64,000 bases of DNA from Octopus sinensis (taxonomy: Eukaryota): assembly GCF_006345805.1 (NCBI RefSeq), contig NC_043006.1, forward strand, positions 34,162,001 to 34,226,000, given 5' to 3'. Both the position numbers and the translations under genes were made by a program. The notes beneath the pieces were generated by a model, which did no database searches, was not told where the DNA came from, and was given only the letters and a program-made list of their open reading frames with translations. Of the stretch, positions 52,920-64,000 are shown in pieces. The stretch's first letter is position 1, and every line of letters starts with the position of its first letter.

Positions 52920-53960
52920 CATACAACAAGCTTCTTTCAGTTTCCGTCTACCAAATCCACTCACTTGGCTTTGGTCGGCCTGAGGCTATAGTAGAAAACT
53001 ATAATAGAAATCCACGGTGCCATGCTGTGGGACTGAACCCAGAACCATGTGATTGAGAAGCAAGCTTCTTACTGATATATAAACATAGAATAGGAAATTT
53101 TATGGGAAGTTTTAAATGTTTAAAATTAACATTCAACAACAGATACAAGCTGATGACCATGGCTGTAAATGTGTGTGTGTGTGTGTATCTATATATATCT
53201 GTGTGTATGTATCTATATTTCCATGTGTGTGTGTGAGAGAGAGAGAGAGAGAGTACGTAGTTAAATAACATTTTAGTGAAAACCTTGCAGAATGCTATGC
53301 AAAACTCGTCCACAGTTATTGACTACCTGGTGTCATCACACAATGGAAATGCTCCTGCTATTTGATATACATCAGGAATTCTATAGTATCCGTAGAGTTT
53401 ATATATATAGACAAATGATAGAAAATGGAATGAATGACATTCTTTATTTAAAATCGCTACAATTGTTTCAATACACTTTTACACCTTTATTCATTGATAT
53501 AAAATATTCTCCTCAGGTGATTGTTTAAATAAATCCTTCATTAGAATCTCTTGTCATTTCACTCAGTGGGATAATGTATATCCAAAGTGATGTATCATCT
53601 TTACAGACAAAACTAATCCCATTGATATAATAACAGATAAAATACAATTACAATCAAAATACATAAATAAATTAATAAATGAATGCTGAAAATCTTAATG
53701 ATAGTAGTACTGGAAACAGCTACAAGGATAGTAATGAAAGGCATATCGAAAGCATTAATGAAAACCATGGAAACAATAAGGGAAAACTTAAAAATAGAAG
53801 AGAATTTGTTACAACTGTTTAGAAAACAGTGTGGTAAGTAATTGTAGTTTCAGGGACAGGAATGTATGTCCTCTGCAAAATGAATGCCTTCAGAACATAA
53901 TATATAAATGGACAGTGAGAATGCTAGCAGATACATATGTATATATTGGTGTAACTGCAG

Positions 53961-54075
53961 ATTCTTTCAAAAGTTGATTTTGAAGCTATATTGCATCATT
54001 TAAAAGACACTGCACATCACTTGCAGACCTGGTCTGGAGACTTAAAGAAGGAAGAGTGCAATACAACATCACAAG
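53961..54075 (+). CDS. Candidate coding exon ILSKVDFEAILHHLKDTAHHLQTWSGDLKKEECNTTSQ
   Basis: ctgcag acceptor and CAAG|gtcagt donor; only one of the three frames is open over the 115 nt. Confidence 0.3.
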
Positions 54076-55679
54076 GTCAGTAATAAAAAATGTATGTCTC
54101 TATAATACATTTATTTTGATCTTGTAAGATCTGTTCTGAGGAAACCCTATGCATTTAAATGTGTGCAGATAAATTAGTGAACAGGCACCCCAAAGATGTA
54201 ACTACAAGCTAAAATGCTCATTTTCACAGTTTTGTAAAAAATAATTAACATTTAAAACTTTCCATTCAACCTACTTCAATCTTTCTTCTTTCTCTATTAT
54301 ATTGTATGTATTTGCCTCAATTTCTTAAAAATTGTTGAATGTACACAAATATACGTGTGTGTGCGTATGCATTACCTTACATCTGTGTTAGATTTAGACC
54401 AAGAATGTTTGTTATAAGTATATATATGTCCATATATAGGAAAAATATACAGGGTAGGAAAATCATAGAAATTTTTCTACCATGACCTAGCATTCAGAAA
54501 ATAGTCACCACTTGCATGGTGGATTTGAAAAGTTATAAAGATGAGACATGTTAAGCTTTGGTGTACCTGCTGATGAGAACTTCGCCTAGCAAATTATTAT
54601 ATTTGCTAATTAAAGTTTGAAACCAGTAACAAAATATGGTAAATGTTTTTATTTTTCATTCCCTTCGAAATTACCCCTAATCATGGTTTGGATTTTGACT
54701 GTTAGGATCACCTCTTTTGTGATTAAATGTACACTAATTTTATGTGTGTCCATATATAAATAGATACTTGTGGATATATCTGTTTTACTCTTTTACTTGT
54801 TTCAGTTATTTGACTGTGGCCATGCTGGAGCACCGCCTTTAGTCGAACAAATCGATCCCAGGACTTATTCTTTGTAAGCCTAGTACTTATTCTATCAGTC
54901 TCTTTTGCTGAACCACTAAATTACGGGTACGCAAACACACCAACATCAGTTGTCAAGCAATGGAGGGGTGGCAAACACAAACACGATGGGCTTCTTTCGG
55001 TTTCCATCTACCAGATCCACTCACAAGGCTTTGGTTGGCCCAGAGGCTATAGTAGAAGACGCTTGCCCAAGGTTCCATCCAGTGGGACTGAACCCAGAAC
55101 CATGTGGTTGGTAAGCAAGCTACTTACCACACAGTCACGCCTGTGTCTATATTATATCTTATTCTGTTTAACTGTATCATATTAGCTATTTCTGTTTTTG
55201 CAAACAGTTTGAATACATGTAAAAGGTATATATATACACATATACAAATGAATATGTGTTGTTTATTCTTAAGTTACTTTTATTTCTGTCTTTAGAAAGT
55301 AATAAGTGTGTATATAGGAAGTGTATATGTGTGTGCATATATAAATAGATGTATGTATATATATATATTACATTTTACATTATTATGCTATTTCTTTCTT
55401 GGCTCTATGGTGGTTGGAATGTATGTGGGAAGTACATATGTGGGCATGTATGGATGAATACGTGTGTGTGTGATTGTGTGTATATGTGTGGGTGTGTGTG
55501 TATTTTTACATTTGTATAGAAACAGTGTGGGTATATAAAAATATACACTGTACATTGTGTGTGGGTTATGCTTTCATCTGTAAATATATTGATATAAACA
55601 CTAAAAATAGTGAGAATGACAGTAAGCAACTTGTATGTATGTACAGGTGGATGTGCATGTGTGTGTGAGGGTATATATA

Positions 55680-56390
55680 TCATCATCATCGTCATCGTTT
55701 AATGTCCGCCATCCATGCTGGCATGGGTGGGACGGTTTCACAAGAGCCGACCAAGCAGAAGCCTGCACCAGACATCTGTGACTGTATTGGCAGGATTTTT
55801 GCAGCTGGATGCCCTTCACCAACCATCCTAACACCAACCCTCCATATAGAAACCTTGCCAAATCAGACTGGTGCCTGGTACAGCCTTCTGGCTTGCCAGT
55901 CCTCAGTCACACTGTCCAACCCATGCAAGCATAGAAAGCGGATGTTAAATGATGATGATGATGATGATGATATATCATCATCATCGTTTAACATCCGTTT
56001 TCCATGCTAGCACAGGCTGGATGGTTCAACCGGGGTCTGGGAAGCCAGGAGGCTGCACCAGACTCCAGTCTGATCTGGCAATGTTTCTACAGCTGGATGA
56101 CTTTCTAATGCCAACCACTCTGTGAGTGTGGTGGGTGCTTTTTACGTGCCACCGGCACAGGGGCCAGGAGGCTGGCAGTGGCCACGATCGGTTGGTGCTT
56201 TTTATGTGCCACTGGCATGGAAGCCAGTCAAGGCAGCACTGGCATCAGTCACGTTTGGATAGTGCTTTTTATGTGCCACCGGCATAGGTATCACAACTAC
56301 AATTTCCATTTGATTTTTATTTTGATGTTGATGTACTTGACTCAATAGGTCTCCTCAAGCACAGCAGATCACCCTACAATCCATATATAT
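55680..56390. mobile_element. Three abutting family C copies in -/+/- orientation
   Basis: Tails at 55680 (-), ~55960 (+), ~55975 (-). Confidence 0.8.
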
Positions 56391-57844
56391 ATATATAAAA
56401 TCATATATATATATATAACAATATACACTACATTTTGAGGCAATGTGTGTGAAGGGTAGGTAAGGGCACCTACTAACTTATTTTTTCTTAATTGTTTCAA
56501 AAAGCATATAAGAACTAAATGGTAATAAATGAACCTTAAACAGAGGCTCATTGGTGTCTAGAAGGGGGTCAATTGTTTTATCACAGGAGACAAGAAATGA
56601 ATGGTAATTCAGATCTTTAAAAGAAACAAGGACACATTGGATAAGTACTGAAATGGTCAGTCTTCACCTCCCTATCACTTTATTATCCATACACACTTTA
56701 TTTCATTATACTCTTTGTTTCATTCTTCAGTCTTTTTAGAACTTTTTTCCTTATGATCTGACCATTGAGTCAGAATGGTAATTTTATTGTCAAAGTGACC
56801 CTTTTGTTTTCTTTTGTATATTTCTTCATGTATTTTGTATTTCGATTGTAATTTGTTGCTATTATGCAAAAGTATCGTAAGTCCAAAACATTGCTTTTTC
56901 AGAAGAGGGAAAAATAGTTTCACCATTCCATAGCAAAACTGTTGTACTATACTTTGACAATTTTTGATATCTTGGCATCTGAAGCAGCTGGGGATACAAC
57001 AGTTTGACCAAAAGAACTGGCTACTGCAAGCAAAAATAAATATTGCAAAAAAATGCATTTGGCCAAACGATGGTTTAACATAATAGCAATGAATTGTATT
57101 TTGTCTGTCACTATATCTATGGGTTTAGTTTTGTCATTGAACTACTGAAGATGATACATCACTTTCTGTATGCATTCTCACACTGAATGAAATGATTGTA
57201 GGATCTAATAAAGGACTTATTTAAACAACCACCTGAGGAGGTGCATTTTACACCTTGAATGTAAGATAAAAATCACACATCTCATCAGTGTACTAAAGGT
57301 GTAAAAATGGGTTGAAACAACTGTAGTGATTTTAAATAAAGAATGTTGTTCATTCCATTTTCTATCAGTTATCTATCTATCTGTCTGTCCGTCCCTCCGC
57401 CCATCCATCCATCCATCTATCTGCTGCCTGTTTGTCTGTCTGCCTATTTGTTTGTCTGTCTGTCTATCTACTTGTATAAGCAGTTATAGTATTTATGGAA
57501 TACACAGATTGTATGTTGTGCACTAAATTTGATGGCATTACGAGGCATCTTGCATGGTTGTATATATTTAACCAAAGGCACAGGTATCAACCGAAACTTC
57601 ATGAATAGTATTTGAGAAATGGAAACTGTACTGAAACTCATCAGTTGGACAATACTTGTGAGTGAAAGGTTGAGCTTTGCCACACAGTGAATCACACTAG
57701 CACTTGGAAGTTTATATTAAGAGTACTTGTGTCTGTGGAATATTCAGCCACTTACATAATATTCCAATGAATTCAGATAATGCAACTTCCATTTAATTGA
57801 TATGGTTTATATATATTTAAATATGGCATATATAAATATTGTGT

Positions 57845-58258
57845 ATGCAAAATATTGGGGTTTAGTTCACAGGTGATCTAAATCTGTTATTGAACGTTGA
57901 TATGTTTGCATCTTTTTTCTGGACGTTTGCCATATCAGGACTTTAACCCTCATGGATTGCGCTTATGGACTTATTTCTACAAGATCAGAAAGTTGAACTG
58001 TGAATTTTTATGCCTCCTTTCTCTTCTCTCTCTTCATCTTCTTATTCCTTTACTCCTGGCCTCTATGTCATCATTTCATTAATCTACACCCTTCTCATTT
58101 TCTCTGTTTGTCTCTGATGATGGAATATCCCATACTCTGGGATATCCCAGAAACAGCTGTAAGACTTTGGATTTTTTCCAAAAATAATAGTAATAATGTA
58201 TATGACTTGAGATGTTTGCCTTGCCCTAACGTTTGTTGTCCTCTTTAACAATTATATA
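57845..58258 (+). mobile_element. Penelope-like element 3'/terminal-repeat region
   Basis: Shares gggtttagttcacaggtgatctaaa with ~12150 and the terminal repeat with 12286-12570; contains the hammerhead. Confidence 0.6.
58110..58165 (+). ncRNA. Minimal type I hammerhead ribozyme, structurally complete
   Basis: GTCT CTGATGA TGGAATATCCCA tactc TGGGATATCCCA GAAA CAGCTG TA AGAC: stem I 4 bp, stem II 11 of 12 bp, palindromic ACAGCTGT stem III, GUA cleavage triplet. Confidence 0.8.
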
Positions 58259-58282
58259 AATATTGTATATAGAGAGATTTGC

Positions 58283-58316
<34 letters not shown>

Positions 58317-58743
58317 TGAGGGGTGTGGCATATATTGATATGATATATAGCTATGTGGCATACATAGAGATATGGCATATATTAATGTCATATATTGTCC
58401 AACCCATGCTAGCATGGAAAGTGGATGTTAAACAATGATGATGATATAGGGATAGGGTAGATATTACTACAGTATATATAAATTTTAAACTGCATTTCTG
58501 ACTAAACACTCCCTCAATAATTAAGAATTAATGAAAAGAGGTTGCTGTATATGAATATCTTTTATTTTTTATTGCTTTCGGTCATTGGAGTGTGGCCAGG
58601 CTGGAACACTACACTAAGGGATTGAGTTGAACAAATCAAAGTCTAGTACTTATTCTATCAATTTCTTTTGTCAAACTACTAAGTTACAGAGATGTAAATA
58701 AACCAACACTCATTGTCAAGTGCTTAGATACATAAGCACAAAG

Positions 58744-58774
<31 letters not shown>

Positions 58775-59094
58775 CTTATGCACACATATACACACACACA
58801 GAGTGGGCTTCCACTCAGTTTCCGTTTGTCAAATTCTTCTACAAAACATTGGTTGGGCTGGGGTTATAGAAGAAGACACTTGTTCCAGGTACTTTACTGT
58901 GGGACTGAACTTGAAACCGTGTGATTACAAAGGGAAACTTCGTGGGTAATTTTGGAATTTACTTTTCTTTAATCAGTTGGAGATTCTTGCAACAGAGATT
59001 AATGAGAAAAATAATAATGTTTTATGTGAAATGCTTGTGTGTGTGTGTATTTATATATATAGTAAACAAGTAAAAGAGCATATATATATATATA

Positions 59095-59398
59095 TGTAAA
59101 AAGCACCATCCGTTCGTGGCTGTTGCCAGCCTCGCCTGGCCCTCGTGCCGGTGGCACGTAAAAGCACCATCCGTCCATGGCCGTCTGCCAGCTCTGTCTG
59201 GCACCTGTGCGGGTGGCATGTAAAAAGCACCCACTACACTCACGGAGTAGTTGGCGTTAGGAAGGGCATCCAGCCGTAGAAACACTGCCAGATCAGACTG
59301 GGCCTGAAGCAGCCTTCTGGCTTCACAGACCCCAGTTGAACCGTCCAACCCATACTAGCATGGAAAGCGGACGTTAAATGATGATGATGATGATGATA
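59095..59398 (+). mobile_element. Family C retroposon, young copy
   Basis: ~60-bp units plus a canonical tail to gacgttaaatgatgatg. Confidence 0.85.
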
Positions 59399-59565
59399 TA
59401 CATGATAAACTTTTTGCAGTTTCCATCTACCAAATCCACTCACAAGGCTTTGGTTGGCTTGAAGCTATAGTATAAGATACTTGCCCAAGGTTCCACGCAG
59501 TGGGACTGAACCCAGATTTATGTGGTTGGGAAACAAGCTTCTTGCCACACAGCCACACCTGCACC

Positions 59566-59629
<64 letters not shown>

Positions 59630-60051
59630 AGGGCCGGCTTAAGGTACTAGCAACTTGGGCAGTGACCTGGGTCACCATGTTCTAGTGGGGCACCAAGGAG
59701 GGCATAACAAAGACAAAGAAATTTCCATGACTGTCAGATTGTACATGCTGTAGGTAAGCTTGCCCGGTGCACCCAGCCACCCTAGGGACAGTCCTCTGTG
59801 TGTGTGTGTGTATTTATATGTGTGTCTGTGTGTCTGTGACTTTATATATGTGTGTGCATGTATTTCTATGTGTGTGTGTGTATTTGTATGTGTGTGTGTA
59901 TGTCTGTCTGTGTATCTGTGTGGATGTGTGTGGGCGTGTGTGTTCATTCTTACATGTAAGCTGACCACACAGAAGCAAGACGCATGAAAAGAAATATTGT
60001 ATTGCAAACTTGTTCTGAATGGTTCCAACACAGAACTGAAGAACTAAACAG

Positions 60052-60156
60052 ATGCTGAAACGATGCTTTGGCAGGATACAAACGTAATTTGCCAGTTCAG
60101 TGAGAATGTAGAAGATGAGTGTCTGCTATTATTTTACTCTCTGTATTCATTGGAAG
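60052..60156 (+). CDS. Candidate coding exon (D)AETMLWQDTNVICQFSENVEDECLLLFYSLYSLE(G)
   Basis: ctaaacag acceptor, GAAG|gtatgt donor, 105 nt, phase 1-1, open frame. Confidence 0.25.
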
Positions 60157-60364
60157 GTATGTGTGATAGAAGAGCCAATAGGGGAGCTTATATGCAGTCA
60201 TTCAATGTGCTGGAAATAGCAGCCAAATCTTCCCTAGAAACCAATCTTACTGTTTCAATATAAGAGGACACATTAGATAATGTAGTCCGTGATGTGTGAT
60301 GCCTGAATATAAGATACAATGGTGAAGGCTGGAATATCTCTGTTGCTGCAGACCAGGTTGGAAC

Positions 60365-60650
60365 CAGCCATAGTAACAAAGTTTTCTCGCCACACTTCTT
60401 GCTCCATCATCACTGTCACGATGTCCTGGATACATTCCAGACCAGCATCTGCAATCAAGCTGTTGATGTAAGTGTGATGATGTTTTCCTCTTCTTACATC
60501 ACCACAAAGTAGATTCCACAAGACTAATTTGGATGCTCCCAGTCCAGGGGTGGTGGTTAACTTAGTGACCAGATAGTTTCAGCCGTCTTTGCCTGATCTT
60601 CTCACTGGAATGTCTTTGATTATAAGACAACTCAGTCAGAACTGACCAGG
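60365..60650 (-). mobile_element. RTE-like LINE C-terminal relic
   Basis: ASKLVLWNLLCGDVRRGKHHHTYINSLIADAGL...MMEQEVWR. Confidence 0.6.
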
Positions 60651-61084
60651 CTTGGAATTGAACAAAAACAGAAAAAAGAAGATTTGACTCTATCAGACTT
60701 GAAATTGAATTCATGGGTGAGATGATATGGGTGGAATTATATAATAACTAATGGCAATACATCCCCTGACCAATTCCATAGATATATATATTTACCTGTG
60801 TGTGTACATACATACATATGTGGATGGGTGTGTGTATACATGTATGTATATATATATATATAATGAACTCTCCCATCATTAGACGACATATGAGGGATTC
60901 AACAGTTTCTTACTGAACAACTACACAGATGGTTTATTTATAGTGATCAAATGTTTGTGTAGACATAAGTTCACTCCCTCCATCAGATCGACATTACCTG
61001 TACAGGTGCACCGTATGCCACATGTCAGATGATGAAATGATCACAGAGCAATGTGAAATGATGTGCTTTGCTGAAGAACACAAT

Positions 61085-61123
<39 letters not shown>

Positions 61124-61386
61124 ACGGGAAGGTTTACAAAAATAAACAAAAGATGACGGCAGGTGGAGTACAAACAAACAAATGTATTAGTATGGCGCTC
61201 AGGAATATATATATATATATATATAAATGTATGTGTTTATTTTTCCCTTATTTACAATGAACACGGAAAAAATAGATAAACAGTTACCAGGGTAGCAAAA
61301 AATCACACATGTAATAAGGATGTAACACCCTGTTTGTAAAGGTAGAAACTCCGGGTTGATGTGAAATATTTTGTATAATATATATA

Positions 61387-61655
61387 AATAAATAAATGAA
61401 TTTCAATGCAGGTGTTATTCAAATTCTTTTATTTCTGATATATGTTTCGAAGACAACATTGGTATTATTCTAAAGGAATAAAATAGTGTAAAACAATGTA
61501 ACATTCTCATCAGGGAAAGAAAGAAAAAAACCAAACTCATCAATAAGACATTTTAACAGAATTCCTTTGGAATAATACCAATGTTGTCTTCGAAACATAT
61601 GTTGGAGATGAATTTGAATAACACCTGCGTTTAACTCCATTTATGTATTTATTTA
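61387..61655. mobile_element. Imperfect inverted repeat (~93-bp arms) carrying a degenerate hammerhead (61432-61518, minus)
   Basis: Arms tgcaggtgttattcaaattc...gaagacaacattggtattattctaaaggaat and their mirror. Minus strand TTTCC CTGATGA...GAAA CATATA TC AGAAA; the right arm keeps GAAACATATGTTGGAGA. Confidence 0.55.
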
Positions 61656-61669
61656 TTTATATATATATA

Positions 61670-62495
61670 TCATCATCATCATCATCATAATAGTTTAATG
61701 TCCATTTTCCATGCTGGCATGGGTTGGATGGTTCGACCGGGGTCTGGGAAGCCAGGAGGCTGCACTAGGATCCAGTCTGATTTGGCAGTGTTTCTACAGC
61801 TGGATGGTCTTCCTAACGCCAACCATTCCGAGAGTGTAGTGGGTGCTTTTTATGGGCCACCGGCACAGAAGCCAGTCAAAGCTGTGCTGGCATCAGCCAT
61901 GTTCGGATGGTGTTTTTTACATGCCACTGGCACAAGGATCACAACTATAATTTCCATTTGATTTTGGTTTTAATGTACTTGACTCAATAGGTCTCCTCAA
62001 GAATGACATATCACCCTATGATCCAAGGTACTTTTGAGTGGGCTGGTTATATGTACACACATATATATATATATACATGTGTGCATGAGAGAGAGAGAGC
62101 ATGACCTTGCAGGTGGGGCCCAGTTAGAATTTTTTTCAGTTGAGTAGCTCATTTTGCTCAAAAGGTCCCTGAATAAGGGTTGTTTTAAGGAGGATAATCA
62201 AAATACCCATGTTTCCAGAGGTGAATTTTTCAAACCTCAAAGAATCCCTCTCAACACATGGCTATGATGCTCCCCGACTACTTTTGCTCATGATCAGAGA
62301 TGCACATATCGTCAGCCACTAAGGGACATGCTCAACTGGTTAAGGTCATACAACTGATAAGCAAATCTGTGTTATTGAGCAGAATATTTGCTGTAGCCCA
62401 TCTTTTATACCAAGACAAAACAATGTACATGATAACACTTCCAGTCAGTTAAGATTAAAAGCCATGAAAGCCACTGTCTGATACTGCATCAGGGC
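61670..62495 (-). mobile_element. Long family C retroposon copy (~830 bp)
   Basis: Tail at 61670, continuing through gactcaataggtctcctcaag (also at ~56340) into a longer body that ends at the Penelope-type insertion. Confidence 0.65.
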
Positions 62496-62505
62496 TATTA
62501 TTATT

Positions 62506-62896
62506 TACATTATTTACATTTGACGGATATTTGTCCTCGTCTTGTTCATTGTTAACATGTTTCGGCTGATATACCCTCCAGCCTTCATCAGGTGTCTTGA
62601 GGAAATTATTTACATTTGACGGATATTTGTCCTTGTCTTGTTCATTGTTAACACACTTCGGCTGATATACCCTCCAGCCTTCATCAGGTGTCTTGAGGAA
62701 ATTTTGAACCTGGGCTCTCTTTGCTAACATCGAAAATACCTTAGGAATGAGAACCCAGGTTCAAAATTTCCCCAAGACACTTGATGAAGGTTTGTATATC
62801 AGCCGAAATGTTGTGTTAACAACAAACAAGATGAGGACAAATATCCGTCAAAAGTAAATAATATACATAATTCCTCATCTCTTAAATATAGAACTG
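62506..62896. mobile_element. Penelope-type repeat: two tandem 96-bp minus copies plus one plus copy, each with a hammerhead core
   Basis: Minus strand GACAC CTGATGA AGGCTG...CAGCC GAAA at 62554-62596 and a GAAG variant at 62650-62692; plus copy at 62776-62817; possible TSD tattattatt at 62496 and 62897. Confidence 0.8.
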
Positions 62897-63205
62897 TATT
62901 ATTATTGTTGTTGTTATTACTATTAATTTTGCATGAGAGAACAAAAAGTGATGCTGGGGTACAAATATACAAAGCCAAATATACCCATCTCGACTACTGG
63001 TTGGATAAGGGTACATTAGGCACATACATCATAACCATATGGGTGTGATATAATGACCTTATATCAAGATATACAGTGCATGACCTTTCAGATGTGGCTC
63101 AGTTAAAATTTTCTTCATGTCCAGTAGCCCACCCTGCTCATAAAGGAAGAACATATAATATAAAATTGATGTAACCACTATGATACAGTGATTTTCTTCT
63201 AGTGT

Positions 63206-63516
63206 AGGTGTCAATGAATGGTTGAATGACCAAACCCAAGCTTTTCTACTAGTTCCTCAACAGTTACAGTGGGATTTTGTTCCACCAGGGTTTGCAGGAC
63301 ATCCTCGTTGAGATCTGTAGATCTTCCAGGATAAAGCTCGTCTCCTAGGCTGTAGTTTCTGGCTTAGAATTTCCAGAACCTCCGTTGATACTGGCTTACA
63401 CTTATTGTCCGATCCCCATGTACTGCATTAATATTCCTTGCACTTTCCATTGCATTGTTGCCTTTGTTGAACTCATAAAGCAAAATATGCTGAATATGCT
63501 CCTTCGTCACTTCCAT
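63206..63516 (-). pseudogene. Mariner transposase N-terminal (HTH) relic
   Basis: MEVTKEHIQHILLYEFNKGNNAMESARNINAVHGDRTIS...F*ARNYSLGDELYPGRSTDLNEDVLQTLVEQNPTVTVEELVEKLGFGHSTIH*H. Confidence 0.88.
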
Positions 63517-64000
63517 TATAGCTTTGAAAATTAACTGTTAAAATCAAACTGCACTCTCCAAAACTTGCACTAAGAATAAGCACAAGGTAAAATTACTACC
63601 TGCTTTTATAACAAGTTGATGCAGGTAGTTTATCCCGTCCTCCTCTGACTTTTAGTTCATGCAACTGAAAACAGCTGCATTGTTTATGGGATGACCCCAT
63701 ATAACAGGAAAAACCCACCAAACAGGCAGGTCCAGTGAAACTTATAGGATAAAATGGGAAACCCTGTTGGATGGTGGAATCAAAAACTAAAATTGCCGAG
63801 ACATCCTTATTTTGAGATTTTCCTGAACAAAATCAGGATGTCAAATTGGGGTGGAGATTGTTTTGTTTAAGAAGAGTTTCTTCTTCAGCTGTATAATACT
63901 GTGGATGAAAGTGACTCGCTGTGGGGTCAGGTGGACAAACAATCCATTGGTTTAATGATGGGGCTAAAAATGCCATCGAAGCTAAGAAAGAGGTCTTACA

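Noticed and set aside
57490-57665. Splice-like signals (gtatca, gtgagt)
   Set aside because: All frames hit stops between plausible acceptors and donors.
59627-59790. hAT-like left end cagggccggcttaagg (another at ~34745)
   Set aside because: No convincing matching right TIR or TSD.

Overview
AT-rich, microsatellite- and retroposon-dense eukaryotic DNA. The repeat types (tRNA-headed SINEs with (GAT)n tails, RTE/CR1/R4 LINE relics, mariner, hAT and Helitron relics, huge (TA)n/(TACA)n tracts) look like an octopus (coleoid cephalopod) genome; that assignment is inferred, not searched. Nearly all ORFs in the track are microsatellite or SINE artefacts. One credible short gene lies on the minus strand at 44423-43890, in a CpG-retaining island. 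It is Glu-rich, carries an RVxF-like motif, and its frame continues through two in-frame TAG codons for another ~80 codons. A few possible plus-strand exons lie at 49-60 kb. The most striking unexplained signal is about ten minimal hammerhead-ribozyme motifs (CUGAUGA...GAAA, mostly with palindromic stem III) from several Penelope-type repeat families. One copy (58110-58165) looks structurally complete, and one family is fused to a tRNA-like SINE head inside a TSD-flanked palindrome. Several long inverted repeats could form dsRNA. All annotations were made by eye; no database searches were run.
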